Notes: a model not told the origin generated them from the sequence alone. A stretch of 64,000 nucleotides of DNA from Candidatus Woesearchaeota archaeon (GCA_016188045.1 JACPIM010000002.1:108737-172736), one strand, 5' to 3'. Positions 47,549-56,316 are shown, numbered from the stretch's first letter. Numbers and translations are program-made.

Positions 47549-48088
47549 ATGAATAACAAAACTTTAGGATTAATTTTAATTGCAATAGCTTTAATTTTCA
47601 CAATACCGTTAATTATTTTTAAAATCCAAGTTAATGATTTAGTTGCAACTACGATGGAATTAAGCGGCGGAACTTGCATTAGAAATGGTATTTGCGAACA
47701 TCAGCAAAGCAATTTACCAATCTATATAGGTATAATTATCATAGTTCTCACTCTATCATTGGGTTTATACCTCCTATTTTTTGAAAGCGGCCAGAAAGTA
47801 TTACAAGAAACGCATGAAAACATAGTAAAAAGATTAGAAGAGACTAAAAAAGAAAGAAGTAAAAATGAGAAATTTGATATATTACTAAAAGGCTTAAATG
47901 AAGATGAAAAAAAAGTAATAACCGCAGTTAAAGAACAGGATGGAATAAAACAAAATACTTTAAGATTAAGAACAGACATGTCTAAATCCAAATTAAGTCT
48001 TGTTTTAACTGAATTAGAAAAAAAGAACCTCATTAAAAAAGTACCAGAAGGAAAAACCAATAAAGTTTACATCAAAACAGGTTTATAA
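47549..48088 (+). CDS. Two-TM membrane-tethered winged-helix regulator (paralog of 44220)
   Basis: TM-loop(CIRNGICEH)-TM, then EQDGIKQNTLR...MSKSKLS. Confidence 0.8.
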   Translation: MNNKTLGLILIAIALIFTIPLIIFKIQVNDLVATTMELSGGTCIRNGICEHQQSNLPIYIGIIIIVLTLSLGLYLLFFESGQKVLQETHENIVKRLEETKKERSKNEKFDILLKGLNEDEKKVITAVKEQDGIKQNTLRLRTDMSKSKLSLVLTELEKKNLIKKVPEGKTNKVYIKTGL

Positions 48089-48192
48089 ATAAAAAATACA
48101 AAGTTTAATTTATAAAAATAATAAAAAGAACCTATTATCTAAAAAAATTATTTGTCAATTAAAAGATCTCACTTTAAAATATCTATTCCTAA

Positions 48193-48624
48193 CTAAGGTC
48201 GCTGTTTAGAAGATAATTCTTTGTATTTTGATTTAGCCGCACTCAATAGATTAAGTTGCGATCTAACAATCTCTTTTTTTCTGTTTTGTATATAGGGAAA
48301 AGACCCTCTGACCCATTTAGTATGGTCTGCTAACAAATCTCTAAACTCCTCTTCTGAAGGATTGTTTGGATCTTTCCAATCTTGAAAAACTTTGAAATCA
48401 TTTAAATTGGATATTATAAATATTTTAACTAAATCTCCCAAATCTTGGGCCTTAGTCATCTTTTCCATTTGCTTCTGAGTAATCTCAAGTCTATATTCGG
48501 GATTTATTGCAAATTCTCCTGGGAATTTTTCTGGCCCCCATAACCTAAAACACCGTTTATATTTCATTCTTTGCTCATCAAGTGGGACTCCTGAATATTG
48601 CGTATAGTTTCTAACGTTTAACAT
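48193..48624 (-). CDS. Hypothetical protein
   Basis: ORF only; start uncertain. Confidence 0.5.
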   Translation of the reverse strand: MLNVRNYTQYSGVPLDEQRMKYKRCFRLWGPEKFPGEFAINPEYRLEITQKQMEKMTKAQDLGDLVKIFIISNLNDFKVFQDWKDPNNPSEEEFRDLLADHTKWVRGSFPYIQNRKKEIVRSQLNLLSAAKSKYKELSSKQRP

Positions 48625-48862
48625 AAAGATCCACCATAGATGATTATTTATAAATCTTTCTATTTTTAACTATCATATAGTAATTATTATTTTTAGTTTT
48701 ACTAAAATTATTAGCTAAAACTCATTTATAAACGGTCTAGTACCATTTCTTGAGGGTTATAAACGATAAGGCCCTTTCTGTTTCACAGGTTAATTATAAA
48801 TCAACTCTCTTTCTAGAAGAAGCATATGATTTTAGAATTATTTAAACATAGGAGGTTAAATA

Positions 48863-49531
48863 ATGGAAAAAAATGAAAAGTTTTTAGTTAGTTTGCTAGT
48901 AATAACACTGGTTATAGGGGTTTTTAACCAAATACAGCTTTTTTCTATGAAATCTGATGGCAGTATTGGCATTAATAATCCACTAAGTAGTGTTGGTAAT
49001 TTGCCTACGGGCGTATCTTTAGTGTCCGCCAGTGTTATTCCTGGTGGTGTGCCAAAAATATATGGCAAAGAACTGAATGTTAAATATGATGACATAAGCC
49101 CAAATGATCCTCAATTAGCAAATCAAAAAATTGCTGTTTTGGGTAATCTGGATAAAACAATAACGTTAACAGGAGATGATTTACAGAGATATATTAGAAT
49201 CGCCTCACAAATTAGTTGCGAATATTGTTGTGGTGCTAAATCAATAATATTTAGTACAGGACAGCCAGCATGTGGATGTGCTCACAGTTATGCAATGAGA
49301 GGATTAGCCAAGTATATGATTACAAAACACGGTAAAGAAGTTTCTGATGATGAGATTTTAAGCGAGATGGCCAAATGGAAAACTTTGTTCTTCCCGGGCG
49401 TAATGCAATCTAAAGCAGATGCACTAAAGCAAAATGGTATAGAATTTAATTACGTTAACTTGGGGAGCAACAAATACAGAGGCATAGAGAAAGGTCAAAG
49501 TTCCAGCGGTGGAATGGTAGGAGGTTGTTAG
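48863..49531 (+). CDS. Membrane-anchored Cys-rich protein ending in MVGGC
   Basis: N-terminal TM, CEYCCG...CGCAH cluster, C-terminus GGMVGGC; GGAGG RBS. Confidence 0.85.
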   Translation: MEKNEKFLVSLLVITLVIGVFNQIQLFSMKSDGSIGINNPLSSVGNLPTGVSLVSASVIPGGVPKIYGKELNVKYDDISPNDPQLANQKIAVLGNLDKTITLTGDDLQRYIRIASQISCEYCCGAKSIIFSTGQPACGCAHSYAMRGLAKYMITKHGKEVSDDEILSEMAKWKTLFFPGVMQSKADALKQNGIEFNYVNLGSNKYRGIEKGQSSSGGMVGGC

Positions 49532-49532
49532 T

Positions 49533-49787
49533 ATGGAAAAGAAAGATTATTTTATTATTTCTATGGTCACCCTATTAGCCGTAGTTTCGATTGTGCAGGC
49601 ATTTCAGATAGGATCGCTTAAACCTTCAGGTATAATAACCGGAAACGCTGTTGGTGGAGCTATTGATACAAGCGGATGGACAGAAACTGAGAAAATGAAT
49701 TATGAACACCATGGTATCTTGCCAGCAAGATTACAGGGAAGCGTAAAACAAAATGCAGCAAGCCCGACAATGGTCGGAGGATGTTAA
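49533..49787 (+). CDS. Small membrane-anchored protein ending in MVGGC
   Basis: TM ending VQAFQI, MNYEHHG motif, C-terminus PTMVGGC. Confidence 0.85.
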   Translation: MEKKDYFIISMVTLLAVVSIVQAFQIGSLKPSGIITGNAVGGAIDTSGWTETEKMNYEHHGILPARLQGSVKQNAASPTMVGGC

Positions 49788-49788
49788 A

Positions 49789-49995
49789 ATGAAAACTAAT
49801 CTACTTATGACAATTTTAATTATCGCCTTACTGGTATTAAGCGCAGTACAGGCATTTCAAATTAATACCATAAAAAGCGGATCTGGTGGTAGTATAGTTA
49901 AGTCTAGTAATAGCGAAGACAGTTATCCTAGTCAAACCCAGCAAACTACTAGGTATACACCAACAAGTTCTCCTCAAATGGTTGGTGGTTGTTAA
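49789..49995 (+). CDS. Small membrane-anchored protein ending in MVGGC
   Basis: TM ending VQAFQI, S/T/Q linker, C-terminus PQMVGGC; start set at MKTNLL. Confidence 0.85.
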   Translation: MKTNLLMTILIIALLVLSAVQAFQINTIKSGSGGSIVKSSNSEDSYPSQTQQTTRYTPTSSPQMVGGC

Positions 49996-51185
49996 TGAAT
50001 AAACTTTTTTTTATTTTATTTTTTATTTTATTTTTAATTCCGGTTAGTTATGCTGCTGATCAAGCAATCATATATAAAAATTCTGCTTGCGGTCATTGTA
50101 ACGTTTATCTTAAAGAACTTAATGATTTCTTAACCAGAAATAATATTGAAAATGTTGTCGAGAAAAATATATTAGAAGATCAAAAAGCACTGGTAGAGTT
50201 AGATAAATTTACTCAAGAAAAAAATATTCCATATGAATTACAAGGCCATATGGTTGTTGTTATTAATAACTTAATAATAGAAGGCCATGTTCCTATACAG
50301 GTTTTAGAAGAAATTTTTGAAAAATACCCCGATAAAAACTTTCCAAATCTAGTTTTATTCCAGGATTCAATGGATGAAAATGTTAAAACATATACCTTAT
50401 TAGATGAAAATGGCGATATAAAAGAATGTAATGTTGATAGTTTAGAAAATTGTAAAAATATTAAAACAAATAATAAGATTACAGGCAATGTTGTTAAAGA
50501 TGGTTTGATACAAAAATCCTTGCCTTTTTTAGTTATATTTAATGGTTTGTTTGCAGGTATTCACCCATGTACAATAAGTGTTTTATTGTTCTTTATAGCT
50601 TTCTTGTTTACACTAAGAAGATCGAGAGCAGGAATTTTTAAAGTTGGATTAAGTTATATCTTAGGTATATTCCTTGCATATTTTGGAATAGGTATAGGAA
50701 TTTTTAAAGCGGTTTCATTTAGTAATAACCCGCATTTTGCAGCAAAAATAGGAGCACTGTTAGTTTTATTGCTAGGTTTATTTAACATAATAGCTTTTTT
50801 TACAAAGAAAAAGAATGTTTCACTAGGAATACCTTCATCTAGTAAACAATATATTGTAGATTTAATCCAGAGAGCCTCTGTGCCAGCAGCTTTCATTGTC
50901 GGATTATTTGTTGGTATATGCTCTTTTGGATGCACAGCAGGGATTTATTTATCAATAATGAGTATGTTATTTGTAAAAGCCAATTACTTGCAAGGATTAT
51001 TTTATTTATTCCTTTACAACTTAATGTTCATATTGCCATTAATAGTAATCTTGATTTTAGCAGCCAATAAAAAAGTTGTAGAGAAAATAGAAAAATTAGA
51101 ACTAGCCAAAAAAGATTATATTAAATTAGTTGCAGGATTTTTAATGATAATCTTGGCCATAGCGATATACTTGATTTCAACATGA
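49995..51185 (+). CDS. CopG/DUF411-like thioredoxin-fold domain fused to a CcdA/DsbD transmembrane domain
   Basis: YKNSACGHC...IIEGHVP; then GIHPCT and CSFGCTAGIY in TM segments. Confidence 0.75.
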   Translation: MNKLFFILFFILFLIPVSYAADQAIIYKNSACGHCNVYLKELNDFLTRNNIENVVEKNILEDQKALVELDKFTQEKNIPYELQGHMVVVINNLIIEGHVPIQVLEEIFEKYPDKNFPNLVLFQDSMDENVKTYTLLDENGDIKECNVDSLENCKNIKTNNKITGNVVKDGLIQKSLPFLVIFNGLFAGIHPCTISVLLFFIAFLFTLRRSRAGIFKVGLSYILGIFLAYFGIGIGIFKAVSFSNNPHFAAKIGALLVLLLGLFNIIAFFTKKKNVSLGIPSSSKQYIVDLIQRASVPAAFIVGLFVGICSFGCTAGIYLSIMSMLFVKANYLQGLFYLFLYNLMFILPLIVILILAANKKVVEKIEKLELAKKDYIKLVAGFLMIILAIAIYLIST

Positions 51186-51727
51186 AAAAATATTATATAT
51201 TTGGAACTTTAGGATTTTTAATTTTGATTAGTTTTTACTTTTTAATTTTAAGCATTTTTAATTCATATTCTCATGCTATTGAACAATTCAAAGAAATGTG
51301 GTATTGGGTTTTATTATTGTCTTTAGGATTTGGAACACAAATAGGTCTCTATTTTTATATGAAAGAGTTAAGTATAGCTAACACAACATCTATGGCAAGT
51401 ACGGCTGGTTCAAGCGCTGTATCAGGAACATCTATGGTTGCTTGCTGTGCTCACCATTTATCAGATATTTTGCCTTTTTTAGGATTAACAGGGCTTGCTA
51501 TATTTTTAAATAAATACCAGTTATTTTTTGTTTTATTAGGTGTATTCTCAAGTGCACTTGGAATAATCTATATGTTAAATATTATAAAAAAACATCACTT
51601 TAAGCAGATTAAAAACAACTTTATGAAAAAAATTCTTAGTTTCAACTTAGATTTCTTATTTAAAACAAGTTTATTAGTCTCGTTAATAATATTATCATTT
51701 ACAATCATGATAAAGGTGAGAGCATGA
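51182..51727 (+). CDS. Membrane protein with a CCAHH motif
   Basis: SMVACCAHHL in a multi-TM protein. Confidence 0.75.
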   Translation: MKKYYIFGTLGFLILISFYFLILSIFNSYSHAIEQFKEMWYWVLLLSLGFGTQIGLYFYMKELSIANTTSMASTAGSSAVSGTSMVACCAHHLSDILPFLGLTGLAIFLNKYQLFFVLLGVFSSALGIIYMLNIIKKHHFKQIKNNFMKKILSFNLDFLFKTSLLVSLIILSFTIMIKVRA

Positions 51728-51951
51728 ACAATGAAAACCTCTTTTATATATTCCTCTTGATTATAGCTGTAGTCTTGTTGATCTATGGTGTTTGGTATAC
51801 AACCACATATAGAGGAACTAGTTACCAAAATGCATTGAATGTTGAGAATAAAGAAGATATATGTGCAACTCCAGAAGGCTATACAGACCAAGAATGGAGA
51901 GAACATATGGGCCATCACCCGGATAGATATAAAGATTGTTTGGGAGGTTAA
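51724..51951 (+). CDS. Small TM protein with C...HMGHH...C metal-binding-like motif
   Basis: DICATPEGYTDQEWREHMGHHPDRYKDC. Confidence 0.75.
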   Translation: MNNENLFYIFLLIIAVVLLIYGVWYTTTYRGTSYQNALNVENKEDICATPEGYTDQEWREHMGHHPDRYKDCLGG

Positions 51952-51952
51952 A

Positions 51953-52117
51953 ATGTTCGGTTTATTTAAAAGAAAGGATCCAATTTGCGGAATGAAAGAA
52001 GAAAAAGGAAAAGGAATAGAAAATAATGGAAATTGGTTTTGCTCTAATTCATGTTCAGAAAAATATGAAAAAGCAAGAAGCAAAATAATTAACAAAAAAC
52101 CAGGATGTTGCCATTAA
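51953..52117 (+). CDS. YHS/TRASH-like small metal-binding protein
   Basis: KDPICGM...FCSNSC...GCCH; GGAGG RBS. Confidence 0.85.
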   Translation: MFGLFKRKDPICGMKEEKGKGIENNGNWFCSNSCSEKYEKARSKIINKKPGCCH

Positions 52118-52452
52118 AGATGATAGAATTAGTTTTATTTTTAATTTTAGTATTATTTTTCATATTTATTATTTTAAAGCCTTACATAGTGAAACTTACA
52201 GGAAGATTCTGCTCAATTTGCTCCTCAGTTAGTTTAACCTGGATTATTTTGCTGTTATTAAAAATTTTAAACTATAACATTGATCCATTAATTGTTGGAA
52301 TATTGATGGGCGGTAGTGTTGTTGGAATAATGTATAAGTTTGAAGATTATGTTAAAAAACATAACAAAAAATTATTGCTATTTAGGATTGTTTTATTACT
52401 TATTGGCTTCCTAGTAGTATATTCCTTAATAAAATATTTATGGGAACTTTAA
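52105..52452 (+). CDS. Membrane protein with CxxC
   Basis: FCSICSSVSLTW and LMGGSVVG motifs. Confidence 0.7.
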   Translation: MLPLKMIELVLFLILVLFFIFIILKPYIVKLTGRFCSICSSVSLTWIILLLLKILNYNIDPLIVGILMGGSVVGIMYKFEDYVKKHNKKLLLFRIVLLLIGFLVVYSLIKYLWEL

Positions 52453-52453
52453 A

Positions 52454-52579
52454 ATGATATTGTTAATTATTTTTTTAATAATACTGTTAATAATCATAGT
52501 TACATTATTAAGTTTAAGAAAAAACAAAAAACACAGACTAATGAGAAAATTACAGGAAAAACTTGAAAATTGCTGTTGA
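52454..52579 (+). CDS. 41-aa TM peptide ending ENCC (possibly the frameshifted tail of the previous gene)
   Basis: Manual translation MILLIIF...KLQEKLENCC. Confidence 0.5.
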   Translation: MILLIIFLIILLIIIVTLLSLRKNKKHRLMRKLQEKLENCC

Positions 52580-52709
52580 TTAAATAATAAAAACTGCATT
52601 GTTTTGTTTTTTAAGTTGACTGATGTTTATACTTAAAAATACTAATATTTAATTATGATTCAAACAAAAAATAGAAAAATTAAAAAGAAGAAATCATCAA
52701 TCTATAATT

Positions 52710-53912
52710 ATGGGAATATTTAAATATTTTCAGAGGAATAAAGAAAAAAGTAAACTAATTAGAAAAGTTTCTCTAGAAGAAATTACTTACGATATCGAGA
52801 AGCTATTTAATGAATTAAAAGATAAAACTAAAATAATTAAAGAAGAGATAAATAAGAATCTAATTTTAATGATTAATGATATAAGAACCCAGATTAATGT
52901 ATTAAAATCCATAACCTTAGAAGAAAGAAGGGAAGATGAAAGATTAAAAAAAATAGTTCTGGAAAATCTCAAGTTCTATATAGATCATCTTGAAAAATTC
53001 ATAGGGGAGTTTGAGAAAATTGAGAATTTGGAGGTAAAAGAGTATATCTCTGAGATTCAACTTATTTTAGATAATTTTTATAAAAGATCCTTTAAAAGCT
53101 ATGAGAAAGCAACAATCTTAATTGGAGAAGAAATCAAGCAGATAAAAGATATTATTAAAAACTTTAATAAGGATTTTGTTAAAATACTACAAGAAAATGA
53201 GGTTGTTTTCATTAAAATGAATTCTATAAAGGAGTTTAAAGAATTGAATAACAAAATTAAAGATTTGGGAAAGATTAGAGAAGAGATAGATAAGCAAACA
53301 AATATTTTCAGAGAGTCAAGAATAAAGCTGGAAAAACAGAAGTCTTTTTTTGAGGAAGATTATCACAAATTTAAGCAGAGTGAAGAATTTAAAGAGGATT
53401 TATTGCAAGAGCAAAAATTTAAGGAGGAATTAAGCAATCTTAATAATAAAATTAAGGAGATTAAAGAGAAAATTGATATAAAACTTTTATTGAAGTGTTA
53501 TCATAATGACAACAAATATAATGAATTGCTAAAAAGTTATAGGGAAAATTTTATGGAAGCATTAGAAAGTGATGAAAATCTTGAAATTGTAAAATTGGTT
53601 GAAAAAGCCAGTTATACAAACATAAAAAAAGAAATTTTCGATTTAAAAGAAAAGATTGAAAAAATGAAAATAAGAAATAATAAACCTTCTCAAACCAAAT
53701 TAAAAATTTTCGAGGACAGGATAAAAAATGTTGATTTAGATATATCTGGGTTAAAAGAAAAAGAAATGACAGAAATAAAAAAATCTAAAAGGTTTAATGA
53801 AATGGAAACTTCTTTAGTAACCGAGAAGGCTAATAAAGCAAAGGATATATTTGAAAATATTGAAATCATAAATCCAAATGAAACTCAGGGAAGAAAAACG
53901 AATTGCTGTTAA
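52710..53912 (+). CDS. Coiled-coil hypothetical protein
   Basis: K/E-rich heptads; ends TNCC. Confidence 0.75.
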   Translation: MGIFKYFQRNKEKSKLIRKVSLEEITYDIEKLFNELKDKTKIIKEEINKNLILMINDIRTQINVLKSITLEERREDERLKKIVLENLKFYIDHLEKFIGEFEKIENLEVKEYISEIQLILDNFYKRSFKSYEKATILIGEEIKQIKDIIKNFNKDFVKILQENEVVFIKMNSIKEFKELNNKIKDLGKIREEIDKQTNIFRESRIKLEKQKSFFEEDYHKFKQSEEFKEDLLQEQKFKEELSNLNNKIKEIKEKIDIKLLLKCYHNDNKYNELLKSYRENFMEALESDENLEIVKLVEKASYTNIKKEIFDLKEKIEKMKIRNNKPSQTKLKIFEDRIKNVDLDISGLKEKEMTEIKKSKRFNEMETSLVTEKANKAKDIFENIEIINPNETQGRKTNCC

Positions 53913-53931
53913 ACATAATGTTTAAATAAGC

Positions 53932-54006
53932 TCTATGAACGATATAGCCTTAGAATTTGATGATTTTAGGTTATTTTTCAGTCATCGTTCACAACCAAAA
54001 ATATAT
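53932..54006 (+). repeat. ~75-bp imperfect palindromic element, copy B
   Basis: TGAACGAT...ATCGTTCA outer stem; homologous to 44729-44803. Confidence 0.8.
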
Positions 54007-54031
54007 TAATATGATAATGTGGGAGGTTAAT

Positions 54032-54235
54032 ATGAAAAAAGTAATAAAAGTTACAGGAATGCACTGCTCAAGCTGCGAATTTTTAATAAAAGACTCGTTA
54101 AATGATCTAGGAATTAAAGCAACAGCAGATCATAAAAAAAATGAAGTAATAATAGATAACTTTGATCCTAAAAAAATAGACTTAGAAAAAGTTTATAAAG
54201 CAATAGAGGAAAACGGGTATAAAATTGTAAAATGA
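54032..54235 (+). CDS. copZ: CopZ-like HMA metallochaperone
   Basis: VTGMHCSSC motif; GGAGG RBS. Confidence 0.85.
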   Translation: MKKVIKVTGMHCSSCEFLIKDSLNDLGIKATADHKKNEVIIDNFDPKKIDLEKVYKAIEENGYKIVK

Positions 54236-54735
54236 GAAAAATATTATTTACCATTTTAGTTGTAATCTTGCTTAGTTTCTTCTCTGTTTTTGCTCAAGAT
54301 AATCATGAAAATAAAATTGAAGAAGGAAAAAATCTAGTGCAGAGTAGTATTGATTGCAATGATTTAACAGAAGAACAACTTGAAGCCATAGGAGAATATT
54401 ATATGGAACAAATGCACCCGGGAGAAGCCCACGAAATAATGGATAATATGATGGGCGGAGAAGGTTCTGAATCTTTAAGACAAGTGCATATAAACATGGC
54501 AAAAAGAGTGTATTGTAATGATAAAATTTATATCGGATATGGAATGATGAGTGGTGGCATGATGAATGGTTATAATATGCCATATCAAGGAATGATGAAT
54601 AATTATAACTATGGCGCTTACGGATATTCATGGAATGTCTTTGGCGTACTTTACTTTTTTTTACTTTTGGGTTTGATTATCATTGTTGCTCTTGTTATTA
54701 TAAAACTATTAAAAGGGAATATTAAAAAATGGTAA
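54232..54735 (+). CDS. Exported Met/His-rich membrane-anchored protein
   Basis: MEQMHPGEAHEIMDNMMGG and GMMSGGMM; C-terminal TM. Confidence 0.8.
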   Translation: MRKILFTILVVILLSFFSVFAQDNHENKIEEGKNLVQSSIDCNDLTEEQLEAIGEYYMEQMHPGEAHEIMDNMMGGEGSESLRQVHINMAKRVYCNDKIYIGYGMMSGGMMNGYNMPYQGMMNNYNYGAYGYSWNVFGVLYFFLLLGLIIIVALVIIKLLKGNIKKW

Positions 54736-54941
54736 AAATCAAAAATAAAGAAAACAATACCTTGTTAATTGTTTTAGTTTTATTAGCAATATTTCTCTTT
54801 TTTAGTTTTGGTGGTAATATGATGCTAGGTACTGGTTATGGAATGATGGGAAACAGTATGTTTGTATTTGGCCATATTTTCATGATACTTTTACTTGTGC
54901 TAATAGTGTGGCTAGTTATATCTTTAATAAAAGACAGGTAA
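54729..54941 (+). CDS. Small two-TM protein with a Met/Gly loop
   Basis: GGNMMLGTGYGMMGNSM between two TM helices. Confidence 0.7.
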   Translation: MVKIKNKENNTLLIVLVLLAIFLFFSFGGNMMLGTGYGMMGNSMFVFGHIFMILLLVLIVWLVISLIKDR

Positions 54942-54948
54942 AACAAAA

Positions 54949-55866
54949 ATGAATATTTTAAAATTAAGAATTACAGGAATGCATTGTGAAGCTTGCGAAA
55001 AAACATTAAAAAAAGCACTATCAAAGCTAGATCATGTTAAAGATATTGATATTAAATATAGTAATGAACTAGCTAAGATAAGTTACAACCCTGAAATCAA
55101 TGTAAACCAAGCAATAGATATAATAAGGCAGGTTGGTTATGACGCTACTGTTGCTAATGGTGATTATTCTTCAGATAATATAAATATTAAAGGATATTTA
55201 AAAAACTTAAAAAATAAGGAAAAACTAGAAGGAAATTTAATTTATCTTGCTTTAGGCACTTTATTGGTATTGGGTATATTGGAAGTTATCGCGTATTATG
55301 GTTTTTTTATCGATATCCCTAATTTTTTTAATAGGTTTGGTTATTATATAATCTTCTTGATAATTAGTGTGGTAGTTTGCGGTACATCAATATGGCATAT
55401 AAAAGCATATGGAAACTCATTTAGTTGCATGAGTGGTATGATGGTTGGCATGACAATAGGCATGATAAGTGGATTTTTAATTGGTATGATAGTTGGCGCA
55501 ACAAATGGAATGTTTATTGGTTCTGTTGCAGGAATTTTGATAGGCATGTTTGCTGGTAGCTGGACAGGTAAATGTTGTGGTGTAATGGGTATAATGGAAG
55601 GCATGATGGCGGGTTTAATGGGGGGTTTAATGGGAGCTATGACAAGTTTAATGTTACTAAATGATAATCTTAAGATAATAATCCCAATATTAGTAACCTC
55701 CTCAGTTATGATACTAATAGGGCTAGACTACATGATATACAAAGAAACAGTAGACAAAACATTTAATAAACCAGGATTTATGCAGTTTATTACATTTTGC
55801 TTTATAGTTACAATGGCATTAACATTTTTAATGATATATGGTCCGAAATCATTACTATTTCAATAA
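54949..55866 (+). CDS. HMA domain fused to a Met/Gly/Cys-rich multi-TM domain (putative Cu transporter)
   Basis: GMHCEAC; SCMSGMMVGMTIGM; KCCGVMGIMEGMMAGLMGGLMGAM. Confidence 0.8.
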   Translation: MNILKLRITGMHCEACEKTLKKALSKLDHVKDIDIKYSNELAKISYNPEINVNQAIDIIRQVGYDATVANGDYSSDNINIKGYLKNLKNKEKLEGNLIYLALGTLLVLGILEVIAYYGFFIDIPNFFNRFGYYIIFLIISVVVCGTSIWHIKAYGNSFSCMSGMMVGMTIGMISGFLIGMIVGATNGMFIGSVAGILIGMFAGSWTGKCCGVMGIMEGMMAGLMGGLMGAMTSLMLLNDNLKIIIPILVTSSVMILIGLDYMIYKETVDKTFNKPGFMQFITFCFIVTMALTFLMIYGPKSLLFQ

Positions 55867-55875
55867 GGAGGAAAA

Positions 55876-56316
55876 ATGGCAGAAGAAGTAAAAATAAAAA
55901 AAAGAACAATATTCACGATTATAGGAATTGTATTAATCTTAGGTTTTGTTTTATTTGCATTTAAAAATATTCTTTCAACCAAGGGTAATGAGATTACAGG
56001 AGATTTAGTTAAAGGCGGAGAAGCCGGTTCCAATAAAGTCATAAATGAAGGAGATACACAGATTGTTAATTTGGGGGTTGCTAATTATAACTATGATCCC
56101 AATACCATAACAGTTGAATCTGGAAAAAAAGTAAAAATAATTGGTAATATGAATCAATTGCAAGGTTGCCTAAGGGCATTTAGAATTCCAAACCTTGGGG
56201 TTTCGAAAGTATTTAACTCAAATGATAATGTGTTGGAATTCACTCCAACATCAAAAGGAACATTTGGTTTTACATGTAGTATGGGTATGGGTACAGGAAC
56301 TTTAATTGTTAAATAG
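55876..56316 (+). CDS. Membrane-anchored cupredoxin (CupA-like)
   Basis: YDPNTITV...GC...FTCSMGM. Confidence 0.85.
   Translation: MAEEVKIKKRTIFTIIGIVLILGFVLFAFKNILSTKGNEITGDLVKGGEAGSNKVINEGDTQIVNLGVANYNYDPNTITVESGKKVKIIGNMNQLQGCLRAFRIPNLGVSKVFNSNDNVLEFTPTSKGTFGFTCSMGMGTGTLIVK

Noticed and set aside
48863-49995. MVGGC proteins as ubiquitin-like SAMP/ThiS precursors
   Set aside because: They have TM anchors and low-complexity linkers, no recognisable beta-grasp domain, and no E1 or JAMM gene nearby
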